Assembly: GCA_012026655.1 (NCBI GenBank)
Contig: JAAILG010001139.1
Location: 1 to 64,000, forward strand
Reading direction: 5' to 3'
DNA: 64,000 bases
DNA from: Hydrolagus affinis
Taxonomy: Eukaryota
Position 1 is the first letter of the stretch, and each line of letters starts with the position of its first letter. The position numbers were made by a program, and so were the translations under genes. Below the pieces are notes generated by a model. It saw only the letters and a list, made by a program, of their open reading frames with translations, did not search any database and was not told the origin of the DNA. This document shows positions 28,254-39,624 of the stretch, piece by piece.

Positions 28254-28382
28254 CTCACGTTTGATTTCCCAAGAGGAACATAACTAGCTCTAGTTCGTTT
28301 GGGTAAGGATGGTGAGTTGATGATGGGAGTGATACGAATCGCCTCCAAGGCAGTCGTTGGTTTGGGTAGGCTCACACCGAAT
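28254..28382 (-). CDS. LDB3: Predicted LDB3 cassette exon, 129 nt (R-FGVSLPKPTTALEAIRITPIINSPSLPKRTRASYVPLGKSNV)
   Basis: ttctttgtggggtag|ATTCGG...AACGTGAG|gtaccg; phase 2-2, 42 open codons; ACTAAC about 22 nt downstream. Confidence 0.72.
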
Positions 28383-29399
28383 CTACCCCACAAAGAATTA
28401 AAAACAAACATAGTAAAAACAATCAAATTATTTCTTTCGCACCTCGCCTGACTGGCGAGTGAGTGAGGATCCAGATAACACAGTTAAAACCCACATTCCT
28501 TCATGGTAAATCTAATAAGAATAATTATGATAATCCTGACATTTTATACAGCACCTTACCACATCATTGAGTAATTGTAAAGCGCTTCACAGAATATATT
28601 GTAAAGTGAATTGACGGTATATTTTGTGGGTTTAGTGGCAGCCAATTGTGCATAGCAGTGTCCCCACAAACAGTCATGGATTGAGTGACCATTTCTTTAA
28701 ATCGATATCAACCAAAGAAAAGCAAACAATACTTTCAACCGGAAAAGTCAGTTATAATAGTACCAAAAGCTGCTCAACACAAGACAAGTGTAAAGGTCTC
28801 CCCTCACTTTTGTTCTGGTGATGGGCTAAGCTAAAGACTCTTGTGTTCTTGCCCTAACAGCTCAGGTGAGTCATTTGCATATAATATTAATAATCCTTGC
28901 ATTTGACAGAGCGCCTTATCACATCATTCAGACATCTCAAAGTGCTTCACAGAATATACGGTAAAGTGAATTGACTGTATATTTTGTGGTTGAAATGCCC
29001 GAAATAAAACCTAGAAATGGTTGCATTAAATACTCTTCCAAACAGGTTTTAATTTTGCCTCCAAAATTAAAAAGAGTGAAAAGGAAAATGCTTTTTAAAC
29101 CCAAACTAAATGCCTTTAGTGTAAAAAGCACATCACATCCTTTGGAGTGTTTTAAATGCATAATGCGATCACAGGATTAGCGGTTTAAATTACACCCAAA
29201 CAGCAATTATCTCCTTTCGTCGCTTCCACTCAAGATAGTTCCCTTTCGAAGTTTGCAAGCAAAGCTTTTTCTCCCTAGGCTAACAACTGTTCCTCTAGTA
29301 TTGCTTTTAAACATATAATGCACTCTAGTTAATGTCAGCCTTGTAATTTACAAGCATTCCTGACAACACTTATGTGATGACGTGCTTGCGTCGATTTAC

Positions 29400-29447
29400 C
29401 TTGGCCTCCGTCCTTGCAACATAGAGGAGAAAAGCAATATGGAAACA
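29400..29447 (-). CDS. Possible LDB3 cassette exon, 48 nt (S-VSILLFSSMLQGRRP)
   Basis: atttccaccttag|TGTTTCC...GGCCAAG|gtaaat; phase 2-2 and open, but its 5' half is pyrimidine-rich and could itself be an intron tract. Confidence 0.35.
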
Positions 29448-30686
29448 CTAAGGTGGAAATTAATTTTTGGGGGAAGAGAGGTGAAGAGGGGAGAGAGTAT
29501 GTACTTTTAATTTTGCCTTAGGTGCCAACCCTAACTCTTTACAGTCAGGTACAGACACTCAAGGCAGGATACCAAAGATAAACATTATAGATAGGACAAT
29601 AATAATAATAATTCATACATGTAATATAGCAGCTCATCATGTCAGTCAATCAAATTGGGCAATCAAAAAATAATTTAAAAAATATTGTAAACATCCTTAC
29701 ATGATCTAGAGGGGAAGGTAAATGGCGCAATAAGCCTTCAGGAAGGAGAAACACCAACGTAGGATAACATTGGTATTAATCCTAAAGTGAAAGTCATCAC
29801 ACAAGGGAGTGAGCAGTTAAACATGCACCTCACAGTCAACTGATGTTGGTTGGAAGGTGTAGCTCACCAAGCGAAATTAAGGTGAGGAAAATGTAAGCTT
29901 CTTTTGATAGTGTTGAGCAATTCAGGAGAATATGTGCTTTGGTTTGAGAACGAGTGAACCCACAAGGATGATGTTTGGTTTGTGTTAGTCACTTTGGGGA
30001 GAGTGGAGGGGAAGACACAAGGGAGATAGTTGCTTTCACCTTTCCTACATTAGGGAGGAGAAAACTAGTCAGACATCTCTCAGACTGGATTTACATTTTG
30101 ATGGGAGAGCACAAAGGAACCAAACATTTTGCACTGCAAATTTAGGTCATTAACTCAAGAGTGTTTCAGGCATCGAGCCATTTCAGTATTGTTAAAAAGA
30201 ATTAACATGTACTTTAACAGCAAAATATTTAGGAGTGCCAGCAAGCCACTCAGCAAAATAAGGATCTGTGCAGTAACTTACAACTCAGACCAGCCAAGCT
30301 GTCTAGCCAATGGCAAGGAGCTTGCGTTTTATGATAGGTTTTACAGGAATCAACTGCAGGCGAAGTTGAAATTTTTTGATCAACTGCCCATTGGCATGTT
30401 GATTCCCCACCTGGACCCAAGGAAACTTGGAAAGTTCGTGAAATCGATCCTAGACATTGTGAGATTACTAGGAATTTTCCAGGGCATGGGCAAAGGACGG
30501 CTTCAAACCAGGAAACTCCTGTACTCTCCTGGGAGTGGGAGAGAGTCGTGCTTAGGTGGTCTGCAACCCACCAAAGTAGTTTCTTCTCCAGACTTTCTAT
30601 GTTTTAAGTGCCTGAACAGCCAGCAGTGCGATGCAAACTAGATCTACACAGACAGATGTAGAGAAGATGGAGAGAGATGGATGTAC

Positions 30687-30797
30687 CTAGTCTGGGCAGA
30701 AATAGCAGCAGAGACAGTGGCAACAGCCAGGGATGTGTTCCTGGAGCCAGCAAGCATTCCAGGCTGCAAGGGCGGAGCAATGGAAGGTGTAGCCACT
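30687..30797 (-). CDS. LDB3: Predicted LDB3 cassette exon, 111 nt (R-VATPSIAPPLQPGMLAGSRNTSLAVATVSAAISAQT)
   Basis: ctctgtgttctcttcag|AGTGGC...CAGACTAG|gtacat; phase 2-2, open, A/S/T/P-rich like the rest of the linker. Confidence 0.75.
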   Translation of the reverse strand, partial: SGYTFHCSALAAWNACWLQEHIPGCCHCLCCYFCPD

Positions 30798-31454
30798 CTG
30801 AAGAGAACACAGAGCACAGAGAGAGAAGTAAAGCATCAACACACATTGACAAACAGCTGAACACAGTAGCAGACATCTGCCAGACTTGATTATTACTGAA
30901 ACAAACATTGAATAGTGGGCATGGGTTGGGTTAAAGAGTGCTCTGATGAGCTGTGAAGCGTTATAAAACCCCCACCATGCACATGGTTCTGGGCACCCAC
31001 CCACCCCTTCATTGGTTTGCGACTTGTAACCCATTTACAAGTGCCACGGCACATGATAGAGTGGCCAGAAGAGTACAGATGTACGCAGATGTGTGTTCAC
31101 TTTCCATGTTAATTCCTGGAACAGTCAGATTATGGCATTCTACAGTTTCAGAAACTATTCACAGTGCTCTCTCATTTTGGCAACTATTTTCTCTGCTTTT
31201 TCAGCCAGTCTGACAGAACCTAAATGCTTTGCAAGAAGCATAGCAGTGAAATAGAAGGGAGGAGCAGTGCATTATAAAGGTTTCAAGGCAGCTGCTGTGA
31301 GGGCAAGACAGGAAAACACAAAGCTGTTGATAGGCAGTATCTAAATAACATAATTGTTTAACTTGGGGGGTTTGCATATAGAGGTGTATTGGAGAGTACA
31401 ACCATTGCAGTCATTCATTTAAATAGTAAGGCTAATAATATAATAGCAACCTTT

Positions 31455-33550
31455 CATAAGAACATAAGAATTAGGAGCAGGAGTAGGCCATTCTGTCCCT
31501 CAAGCCTGCCCCGCCATTTGATAAGATCATGGCTGATCTTCTAACCCAATTCTAATTACCTGCCCTATCCCCATATCCCCTAATCCCTCTATTTTTTTAA
31601 AAAAAATCTATCAGTCTCTGCCTTGAAAATGTTCAAGGACTGAGCATCTACAACCTTCTGGAGTAGTGAATTCCATAAATGAAGAAATGTTTCCTCAACT
31701 CTGTTCTAAAAGGCTGACCCTTAATTTTAAGATTATGACCTCTGGTTATGGATTCTCCCACCAGGGGAAACAGTCCCTCACTGTCGACTTTATCCAGCCC
31801 TTTTAGAATGTTATATGTTTCAATAAGATCTCCCCTAATTCTTCTGTACTCTAGAGAATAGAGCCCTAGTTTATTCAACCTATCCTCATAGGTCAGTCCC
31901 CTCATCCCAGGAACTAATCTAGTGAATCTACGCTGCACCCCCTCTAAGGCAAGTATGTCCTTTATTAAATAAGGAGACCAAAACTGCACACAATACTCTA
32001 GGTGCGGTCTCACCAAGGCCCCATACAGTTGCTGCAAGACTTCCCTACTCTTGTACTCTAAACCTTTTGCAATGAACGCTAACATGCCATTTGCCTTCTT
32101 AGTTGCTTGCTGCACCTGCAAACTAACTTATTGAGACTGGTGTACAAGGACACCCGAATCCCTTTGTACACTAATTCTACCTAACCTTTCCCCGTCTAGA
32201 AAATAATTTGTTTTTTTATTTTTGCTACCTAGGTGAATAATTTCACACTTCCCCACATTAAATTCCATCTACCTCCTACTTGCCCAGTCTTCTAGCCTAT
32301 CTATATCCCGTTGCAATCTTTTTGCATCATCCTCACAGCTGACTCTCCTACCTAGTTTAGTGTCATCCGCGAATTTAGACACATTACATTCAATGTCCTC
32401 GTCTAGATCATTGATGTAAATAGCTGAGGCCCAAGCACTGATCCTTGTGGCATTCCACTAGTTACATCCTGCCAATTCGAGAATAACCCGTTTATCCCTA
32501 CTCTCTGTTTTCTACCTGTTAGCCACTCTTCTATCCATGCTAAATATGTTCCCATTAATCCCGTGGGCCTTGACTTTGTGCAATAGCCTTTTGTGTGGCA
32601 CTTTATCAAATGCCTTCTTAAAATCTAAATATACCACATCTACTGTTTCCCCCCTATCCAACCTGCTAGATACATCCTCAAAAAACTCTAAAAGATTAGT
32701 TAAGCATGACTTCCCTTTTGTAAAGCCATGCTGACTCTGCCTAATCTTGTTATGGTCATCCTGGTATCCCATAACGATGTCTTTAATTAAGGACTCAAGA
32801 ATTTTCCCTACCACTGATGTCAGACTAAATGGTCTACAGTTCCCCATGTTTTCTCTCCCACCCTTCGTAAATAGTGGAGTTATGTTTGCAATCTTCCAAT
32901 CAAAGGGAACTTTTCCAGTATCCAGAGAATTTTGGAAGATTATAGACAAGCCATCCACTATCTCAGTGGCCACCTCCTTTAAAACTCTAGGATGTAGGCC
33001 ATCAGGTCCAGGGGATTTATTGGTTTTAAGACCTGACAATTTACCTAAAACCATTTCTTTACTAATATTAATCTCCCTAAATTGGTTGCTAACATTGTCT
33101 TCTTGGTTCCCCTCTATTCTTGGTAGGTTTTTACTGTCTTCTATGGTGAAGACAGTAGCAAAGTACTTGTTTAATGACTCTGCCATGTCTTTGTCCCCTA
33201 TTATAATTCCCCCTGTCTCTGCCGGTAATGGACCCACATGCACCCTTGATAGCATTTTCCTCTTTATATATTTGTAGAAACTCTTGCAGTCTGTCTTTAT
33301 GTTCCTGGCTAGTTTGCCCTCATATTCTATTTTCTCCCTCTAGATCAATTTTTGGGTTCTTCTTTGTTGATCCCTAAAGCTCTCCCAATCCTTGGGTTTA
33401 CTGCTCACCTTAGCTGTTTATAGGTTTCTTCTTTTAACTTTATACTTTCCCTCACTGCTCTAGTTAGCCTCGGTTGGACCACCTTTCCCATGGCATTCTT
33501 ATTCCTCAAAGCAATACGTGCTCATTGGGAATTTTGCTCTATCTCCTTGA
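31455..33550 (-). mobile_element. CR1 LINE, 5'-truncated, about 2.1 kb, RT domain with few frameshifts
   Basis: KSPGPDGLHPRVLKE, QHGFTKGKSCLTNLLEFF, YLDFKKAFDKVPH, PQGSVLGP, SKFADDTKL, LVRPHLEYCVQFWSP; 3' (TTCTTATG)n terminus at 31455. Confidence 0.97.
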
Positions 33551-35201
33551 TATCAATCAGATCCTTGATCCAATTTCATTTGATGTAGCGCCTATGTTGT
33601 CGGGATGGATTTTTAACTTAAAGAAATCAGGTAAACATTAGGTTTGGTGGAAACACTCCACTCTACATGGAGTTTTTAGATGCTGCTTTTAACATTGCTT
33701 GTATTATTATTATTATTATTATTGGGTTTGAGTGATTGATATAAGGCTGAACATCTGCCTGAATGACTAGTTCTTTTCAATTAGAGAGATCCCACAAACC
33801 CTGCCGCCACAATAAACATTAATTTCAACTTATCTTAGTCATGCGCAGTCAATGTTAGGATAGTTTATGTACTCTCTTGGCTAGGGCTTAAATAGTCACA
33901 GGAGATCTAATCACTGTGAATGCTGTGATATTTTCCCTATTGTGTAAATGTCAGTGGTCTTTTGTTGTTATTGTCTACGCCACCCAATATTTCTTATAAA
34001 TTATAAATATTGCAGGTGGTTACTGATGTTAATTGGGATACCATAATGGAAATTGAATCATTTCTATTGATCAGATGGTCTCTGTTAAGTACAACTAACT
34101 GAGCAGCAGAGATTTAGATACATCAACAAAGTTTTCTTTGAAAACTGAAAACATAACTGCAACATTAGTACATTTCCCAAAGTCTGACTCAAGGCAGGTC
34201 CATGAGTTCAGTAAAAGCTACTTATGTACCATGAAAAGCATACCAAACCTCCAGTCTAGCTAATTGGCAAGCAAGAGCGTAACCTAAATGAATAGCACAA
34301 GACAATATCACTATAGAAGCATTGAGGGTAAAAAAGGATTAGGATGTTCGATTTGATAGAACGGATGGGATAGCAGCAAGGAGGCAGAAGGTTCCACAAA
34401 AGTTTCCACTCTCTGAATCCTGAGTCCTCCAAGCTCAAAGGATTTTCACTAACACCTCGTTGAAATGAGAAAAGAATTCATTTCTACAGGGAATTTCTGT
34501 TCAAAGAAACTTTTAAAAAAGACAAAATCAAATAAATCAGCGAATAAACACTCAGCAGATCCTGAAATCACTGAAAGTAAATGTTGATTGGATACGCTAA
34601 AATCTGAAGGGACAACATACAACAATAAAGGAGCAGAATTGAATTAAGTCTTAAGGAATGTAATGTTTTTGATAAACAGGTTTGTTAAATCATGTCTTAG
34701 AAATTATAGGCATTTAGGCACAAGATCATTATATCAGGACATATTACAGGTGATTCATTGAGGGTTAGTAAACTTGTGATTTGGCAGTGTGGAACTTACA
34801 CAAACTCATACCCCTATACAATTATAAACTCACCACCCTTTGCAGAGGTGTGTGAATGTCTGCACTCCAGTCACATGTTACTGGTGACACCTTGCATATT
34901 GTATTACAAAACCTGGTGAGCTGTTCAACCAACACCCGAATCCAAACACATCATAAACACACAAACAGAATTAATGGAGTTCTTTCTCCAAATTCAGAAT
35001 GGCCTGAAATTGAGAACACAAAAGTATGCACATCATGCCCAATGTACATGATTAGACATTTCTGACACATGCAACTCTAGAATGAGAAAACAGCATGGAT
35101 TCCCTCCCTCCGAAGGTCTAACATCCCCTTGAAGCAAACACTGTCTAACCTGAATATCTGCGAATGTACACGAGAAATCCTCCTTGTAGAAAATGCAATA
35201 C

Positions 35202-35420
35202 CTTACTGGGGCAGGCGACACCGGAGCAGGAAACACCGGAGCAGCGGTCACTGGAAAGACAGCCACTGGAGAGGCAGAAGGCTCTTGACTGACGACAGCA
35301 GGTAGCGGCGTGGGCATCGTGTTAGTGGCGGCAGCAGGCGGACTGGCCGAAGCGACAGACATAGCGACATTGGCGGGGCTGGCCGCTGGCGAAGCTGACT
35401 GAGCATGCTCGATAGGAGTA
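35202..35420 (-). CDS. LDB3: LDB3 exon 10 (STPIEHA Ala/Pro-rich linker; the developmentally regulated exon called exon 11 in mouse and myotonic dystrophy literature)
   Basis: taatttggattag|TACTCCTATCGAGCATGCT...CCAGTAAG|gtattg; 219 nt, phase 2-2; STPIEHAQSASPAASPANVAMSVASASPPAAATNTMPTPLPAVVSQEPSASPVAVFPVTAAPVFPAPVSPAPV. Confidence 0.92.
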
Positions 35421-38400
35421 CTAATCCAAATTACAGAAAAAGAAGAGGAAAAAACAATTCGTTAAAGAGAAATTTTTTTGGTCGCGTCTTGATAACATTT
35501 TCCAGTGAGCTTGGAACAGATGCTTGGCAATTCTACAACAGTAGAATTCTAAACATCCATTATCTTTGGCAACCAAAGCAACTGTGTAGGGGCTGGGCAT
35601 TAAGCATCCAATGGTCAAAGAAAGGAGCCTGAAGAAAGGGCATCTTCACAACTGCAGTGAAGAGAGGGAAGAAATTTACTGTGGACCGCAATTGACTCTT
35701 CAAAGGGGGAATCGGATATACTTTGAAAAGAAAAGAATTGCAAGACTATGGGTGAAGAACGGGAGAGAGTGACTAATTGGATAGCTCCTTCAAAGGGTTG
35801 GTACAGTTATGGTGGGCTGAATGGCCTCTTTCTGTGCTGTAAGATTCTATGAAGAGACGGATATCAGTGACAGGAATCTTATCCCAAGTGGAACAAGAGT
35901 CCTCAACCGTACTTGTTTTTTTTGACAGAGGAAATAATGCTGTTGGGACAAACCAAACCTGCAGGTGATCATTCTCCCCCAGCACCAGCTTTGGTCCACA
36001 GATGCTTCAGATACCTCGATTGATGGGTCAATATTTTAGCAAGTTGAACAAAGTTACACAACTAAGCTACAATGCAGTGTGCCGTGCGGGCACCGAGAGT
36101 TAGTAGCAGTTATTTATTTACGTAAAATCTTATCAAAGGTTAATGTGGAAATTTGGAGCCTTGTTTTTTTTTCATTTAAGAAAAAAAGTGATTCTTTTTC
36201 AGAGTTCAAATTCCAGATGGCCGGTAAGACTGTATCTCTACTGTATTTAACAAGCAGCTTGATGCTTTGATGGGAAGACGGTTAGGTGAGTAGCCTGGAA
36301 GAGGAGCTCACAGTGCTCCTTCTTTCATATTTCTTACAATGCTGTCCTAGCCATTGCAAGTTTAATTAATCATTTTCCTGCAGCTGAGAAAGTTTGAATG
36401 TGGAGGTAATGTGCTCCATTTCACTGGTAGCCAAACTCTTAATCTTTTCCATCTGTTGCTTGGTATTTTTGACTGACCCAGTGAATCAGTTTGATACAAA
36501 TGGAAAAAAAAACTGCATTGTATTTTAGATTTTATTGATCCAAGATTTTTTACAACATTTCCCCCCCTTGTTTTTTTTTTGGTGGGTGGGGGAAGAGGGT
36601 GCAAGGAATGGTTGGATGGTGTGAAGGTTGTTTCATTTCAAATGGGTCACTGGAAAAATCTGGAAAGCGAGTGACATCTGACTTGGAATGTTTTCCCGAT
36701 GTGAAAGGCACAATATAAATGCAAATTTCGTCTTGCACCAAAATTATGAAAGGCGTCAATTTCACTCTCACTGTTCAGACAATTGAGACAAATGTGATAG
36801 AGACTCTGCAGGTTAGTCAGCTGTGCTGGCATCTTCTTACTATATAACACAATCCAGACTTATTTAATTAAAGGAACTACAGTATTTCCAAGAAGGCAAC
36901 AACACTCCCTCTCTCTCCCTCGATGCCGTTTTACATAAAGATCTGTATCTCTACCGCCCACTACCTACCACTATTATTATATTTACCATGATTTAAATTG
37001 TAGTTACTCGGTTCCCAGTATTTTGATGAGAAGATGGTAGGATGCGTGTTCTGGAAGGTTGAAATAAAATGAGCCATGCTTGGGTGATTGACAGTGCGGT
37101 GGGAGGATTGACAGTGAATGCTGGTGTGGAACAAGCAATTGAGAAATGGAATTACCAATCTAGTGAGTCATGGGGCAGGAGTGGGTGATAGGCACACTAT
37201 GGTGGTGGTGGGAGGGGAGGAGGCAAAGAGTTAAAGAGGGAGGGTGTATGGTTGGAAGTAGAGGGTGTATGGTATGGAGCATAGGAATGGGTTAGGGCAA
37301 GAAGTTCAGAGGGAAAATAAAGTATAAGGAGACTTGAGGGGTGGGTCAGTATGGACATAATAATCCTTGCATTTGATACAGCGACTTATCACGTCTTCGA
37401 GACATCTCAAAGTGCTTCACCAATATTCTGTAAAGCGTAGTGACTGGATTTTGTGTGTGGAACGACAGGCAAAAGGACATATCTTGGAGAAAAACAGCTA
37501 AACTGGGAACAAGACGAGAGCAGCTTAGCAATTGTGACAATCACCAAATGGGATCCTACCCATTCAACTGCCCCTGTCCCTTGTCAAGCTTTATACCATT
37601 GTACAGTATTATACTTTTCCTCGTTCCCCCGCAGTTTACTCCTCTTTAGATATCTGTTGTATTCTCTTTTGAAAACTAAGACGGATTCTGCCTCAACCAC
37701 TGCTCCCAGCAGGGTCTTCCTAACAAAATGTATGAAAAAAAATCTGTGAATTTCCTCATTTGCTACCTACCTTACAATCATAATTTGTCTCACTTTTACA
37801 TATGTAATTTATGCAATGCCTATCAAAACATATCCTTAGAAACATATAAAGATAATGATAATAATAAAAATGACATTATAGCACCTTATTTTATAACTAC
37901 ATCAAAACATCTCAAAGCACTTCACAGGACTCTAGATTATAACAACTCTTGGCAAATTGTAGGTATGAAACAGAATAAGAACCTGTCAACGTGCCTGTTC
38001 CTTCCCATATACAATATGCACAGTCACCATCATGGGATGCTATGATTATTTCTTTGGTCAGCCGGTTGTCTTGACACCCGCAGAAACTAATCACCATCAC
38101 CTCTTAAGCATGGTAACGGGTTTCTGTATGAATCAAGATAACCGGCTGGCCCTCAAAAAATCATTGATGAACCCAAGTTAGTTACCCTTGGAAGGAAGAA
38201 TAACCATATAAGAGCTACGTGTCACCAGATAAAACAGTAATATTTCCCCAGAGACAAATCAATAGAAAAATACGCATTCATCGAAAGCCCATTTAATACT
38301 AGAATTTTCAAGCTGAATTTTGATCTTAAGTAGCATGAGTTTACATTAAACAAGTACAGATTGACTGAATATTTCTAATTCAGGCTCTGTGTCTGATTCT

Positions 38401-38632
38401 TGACCTTATGATTCCTGATTTAGTGATCGGATATTGCTGGCTTCAACTTCAGGATACCTGGAGTCAATACAATGCTGCAGGATAACATAAATCATGGTCA
38501 ACATTTGAACCAGCTACTTACAAGTGAGAATCCAGTTCCTTGAGCTAGCACACTCTTTGCCATTGATTAGATTTTAAACCTTCACTGCAGGCACATGCGC
38601 AACAGGTAAACATGTATGAAGGGCAAAAGTAC

Positions 38633-38716
38633 CAAATCTCAGGGCGCCACGTTCTTGCTGTAGGGAATCCGGTCAACACGAACGAGGGAGCATTGAACAG
38701 TGGGTTCTCATTCTCA
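38633..38716 (-). CDS. LDB3: Predicted LDB3 cassette exon, 84 nt (S-ENENPLFNAPSFVLTGFPTARTWRPEI)
   Basis: ttctacttgtcagtccag|TGAGAAT...GAGATTTG|gtactt; phase 2-2, open, CpG-retaining relative to flanks; donor is modest. Confidence 0.55.
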
Positions 38717-39585
38717 CTGGACTGACAAGTAGAATAGCAATTCTCACTGCCAATATTCCACTGAGTACACACCTAGTATTACAACTATGTAAATGCAGTT
38801 TAAGAGGTGCTGTATCTGGTTTGTATTTGCAAACACCAAACCTCCCAGGACTTCTCTCAAGCATTCAGAGAGGCCTCAGAGCTTCTCGGTGAGTCAGGTC
38901 AGTGAATGGATGTTATAAGTCCTGGAATACAGTGATTATGTAGCCAAAGTTACAATGGGATACTCATTACCATCATAGTACTTTTTTCTGATTGACCGAT
39001 TTCCAAGATAAGCACTTACAGAACTTGTATCCAGCTCAATGCACAATTGTTTAAATGTTAATTTACCATCACATCAATAGTTATCCATTGTTTTTTTTAC
39101 CCTCATTGTTCACTACATTGCATTAATTGCGACATCCTAGAAACGCGTAGCTCCTATTTATTAAGATGAGAATCCTTGTGGGTTGAAGCAAAGTAGGCTG
39201 CTCCAAAATAATGTCTAGGAGCTAGGCCAAGAATAGTGTCCAGCGAAAAGCCCTAGAGGAAAATACCCTCCAGCCAGCTTAATGACTGCTATGTGGAAGA
39301 GATAGGAATGAAAGGAAAGGGAGGCAGTTAGACCCCAGCATAGAGTAACATTTTCACCCTAGAAAATGTTATTTCAGAGATTGACTTAAAATATTTTAAA
39401 AGGTAGAACATACATAATGGTTAGTATCAACAGTGAAAGATGCAAATCCAACTGTATGTCCCCGATGTAGCCCTACAGTACAAACAGCCACTTCTGCACT
39501 CAAACTCACAGCCTCACAATGATACGTGTGAAGAGATACGTGTGAAGTGAAGCAGAGGAGGAGAAGCAGAAAGAGATGGTGTTAC

Positions 39586-39624
39586 CTGGGCTCGGAGGTT
39601 TCCGTGCTGTGCTTCGTCAGGTTA
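39586..39624 (-). CDS. LDB3: Predicted LDB3 cassette exon, 39 nt (S-NLTKHSTETSEP)
   Basis: ctcctctcctcactccag|TAACCTG...GAGCCCAG|gtaaca; phase 2-2, open frame, strong pyrimidine tract and donor. Confidence 0.7.

Noticed and set aside
30129-30641. 170-aa plus-strand ORF in the LDB3 intron
   Set aside because: Non-ATG start, no motif, no exon context; chance ORF
31220-31291. 72-nt phase-2 open segment (CLETFIMHCSS...)
   Set aside because: Very weak donor (AG|gttctg) and Cys/Phe-rich composition unlike the linker
32747-33277. 176-aa plus-strand ORF
   Set aside because: Antisense shadow of the CR1 RT
36554-36649. Phase-2 open segment DPFEMKQPSHHP...
   Set aside because: Poor donor and homopolymer runs typical of non-coding DNA
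37156-37196. 41-nt AG...GT segment with a strong pyrimidine tract
   Set aside because: Not a multiple of 3, with TAG in the phase-2 frame; treated as a pseudoexon (a poison role is not excluded)
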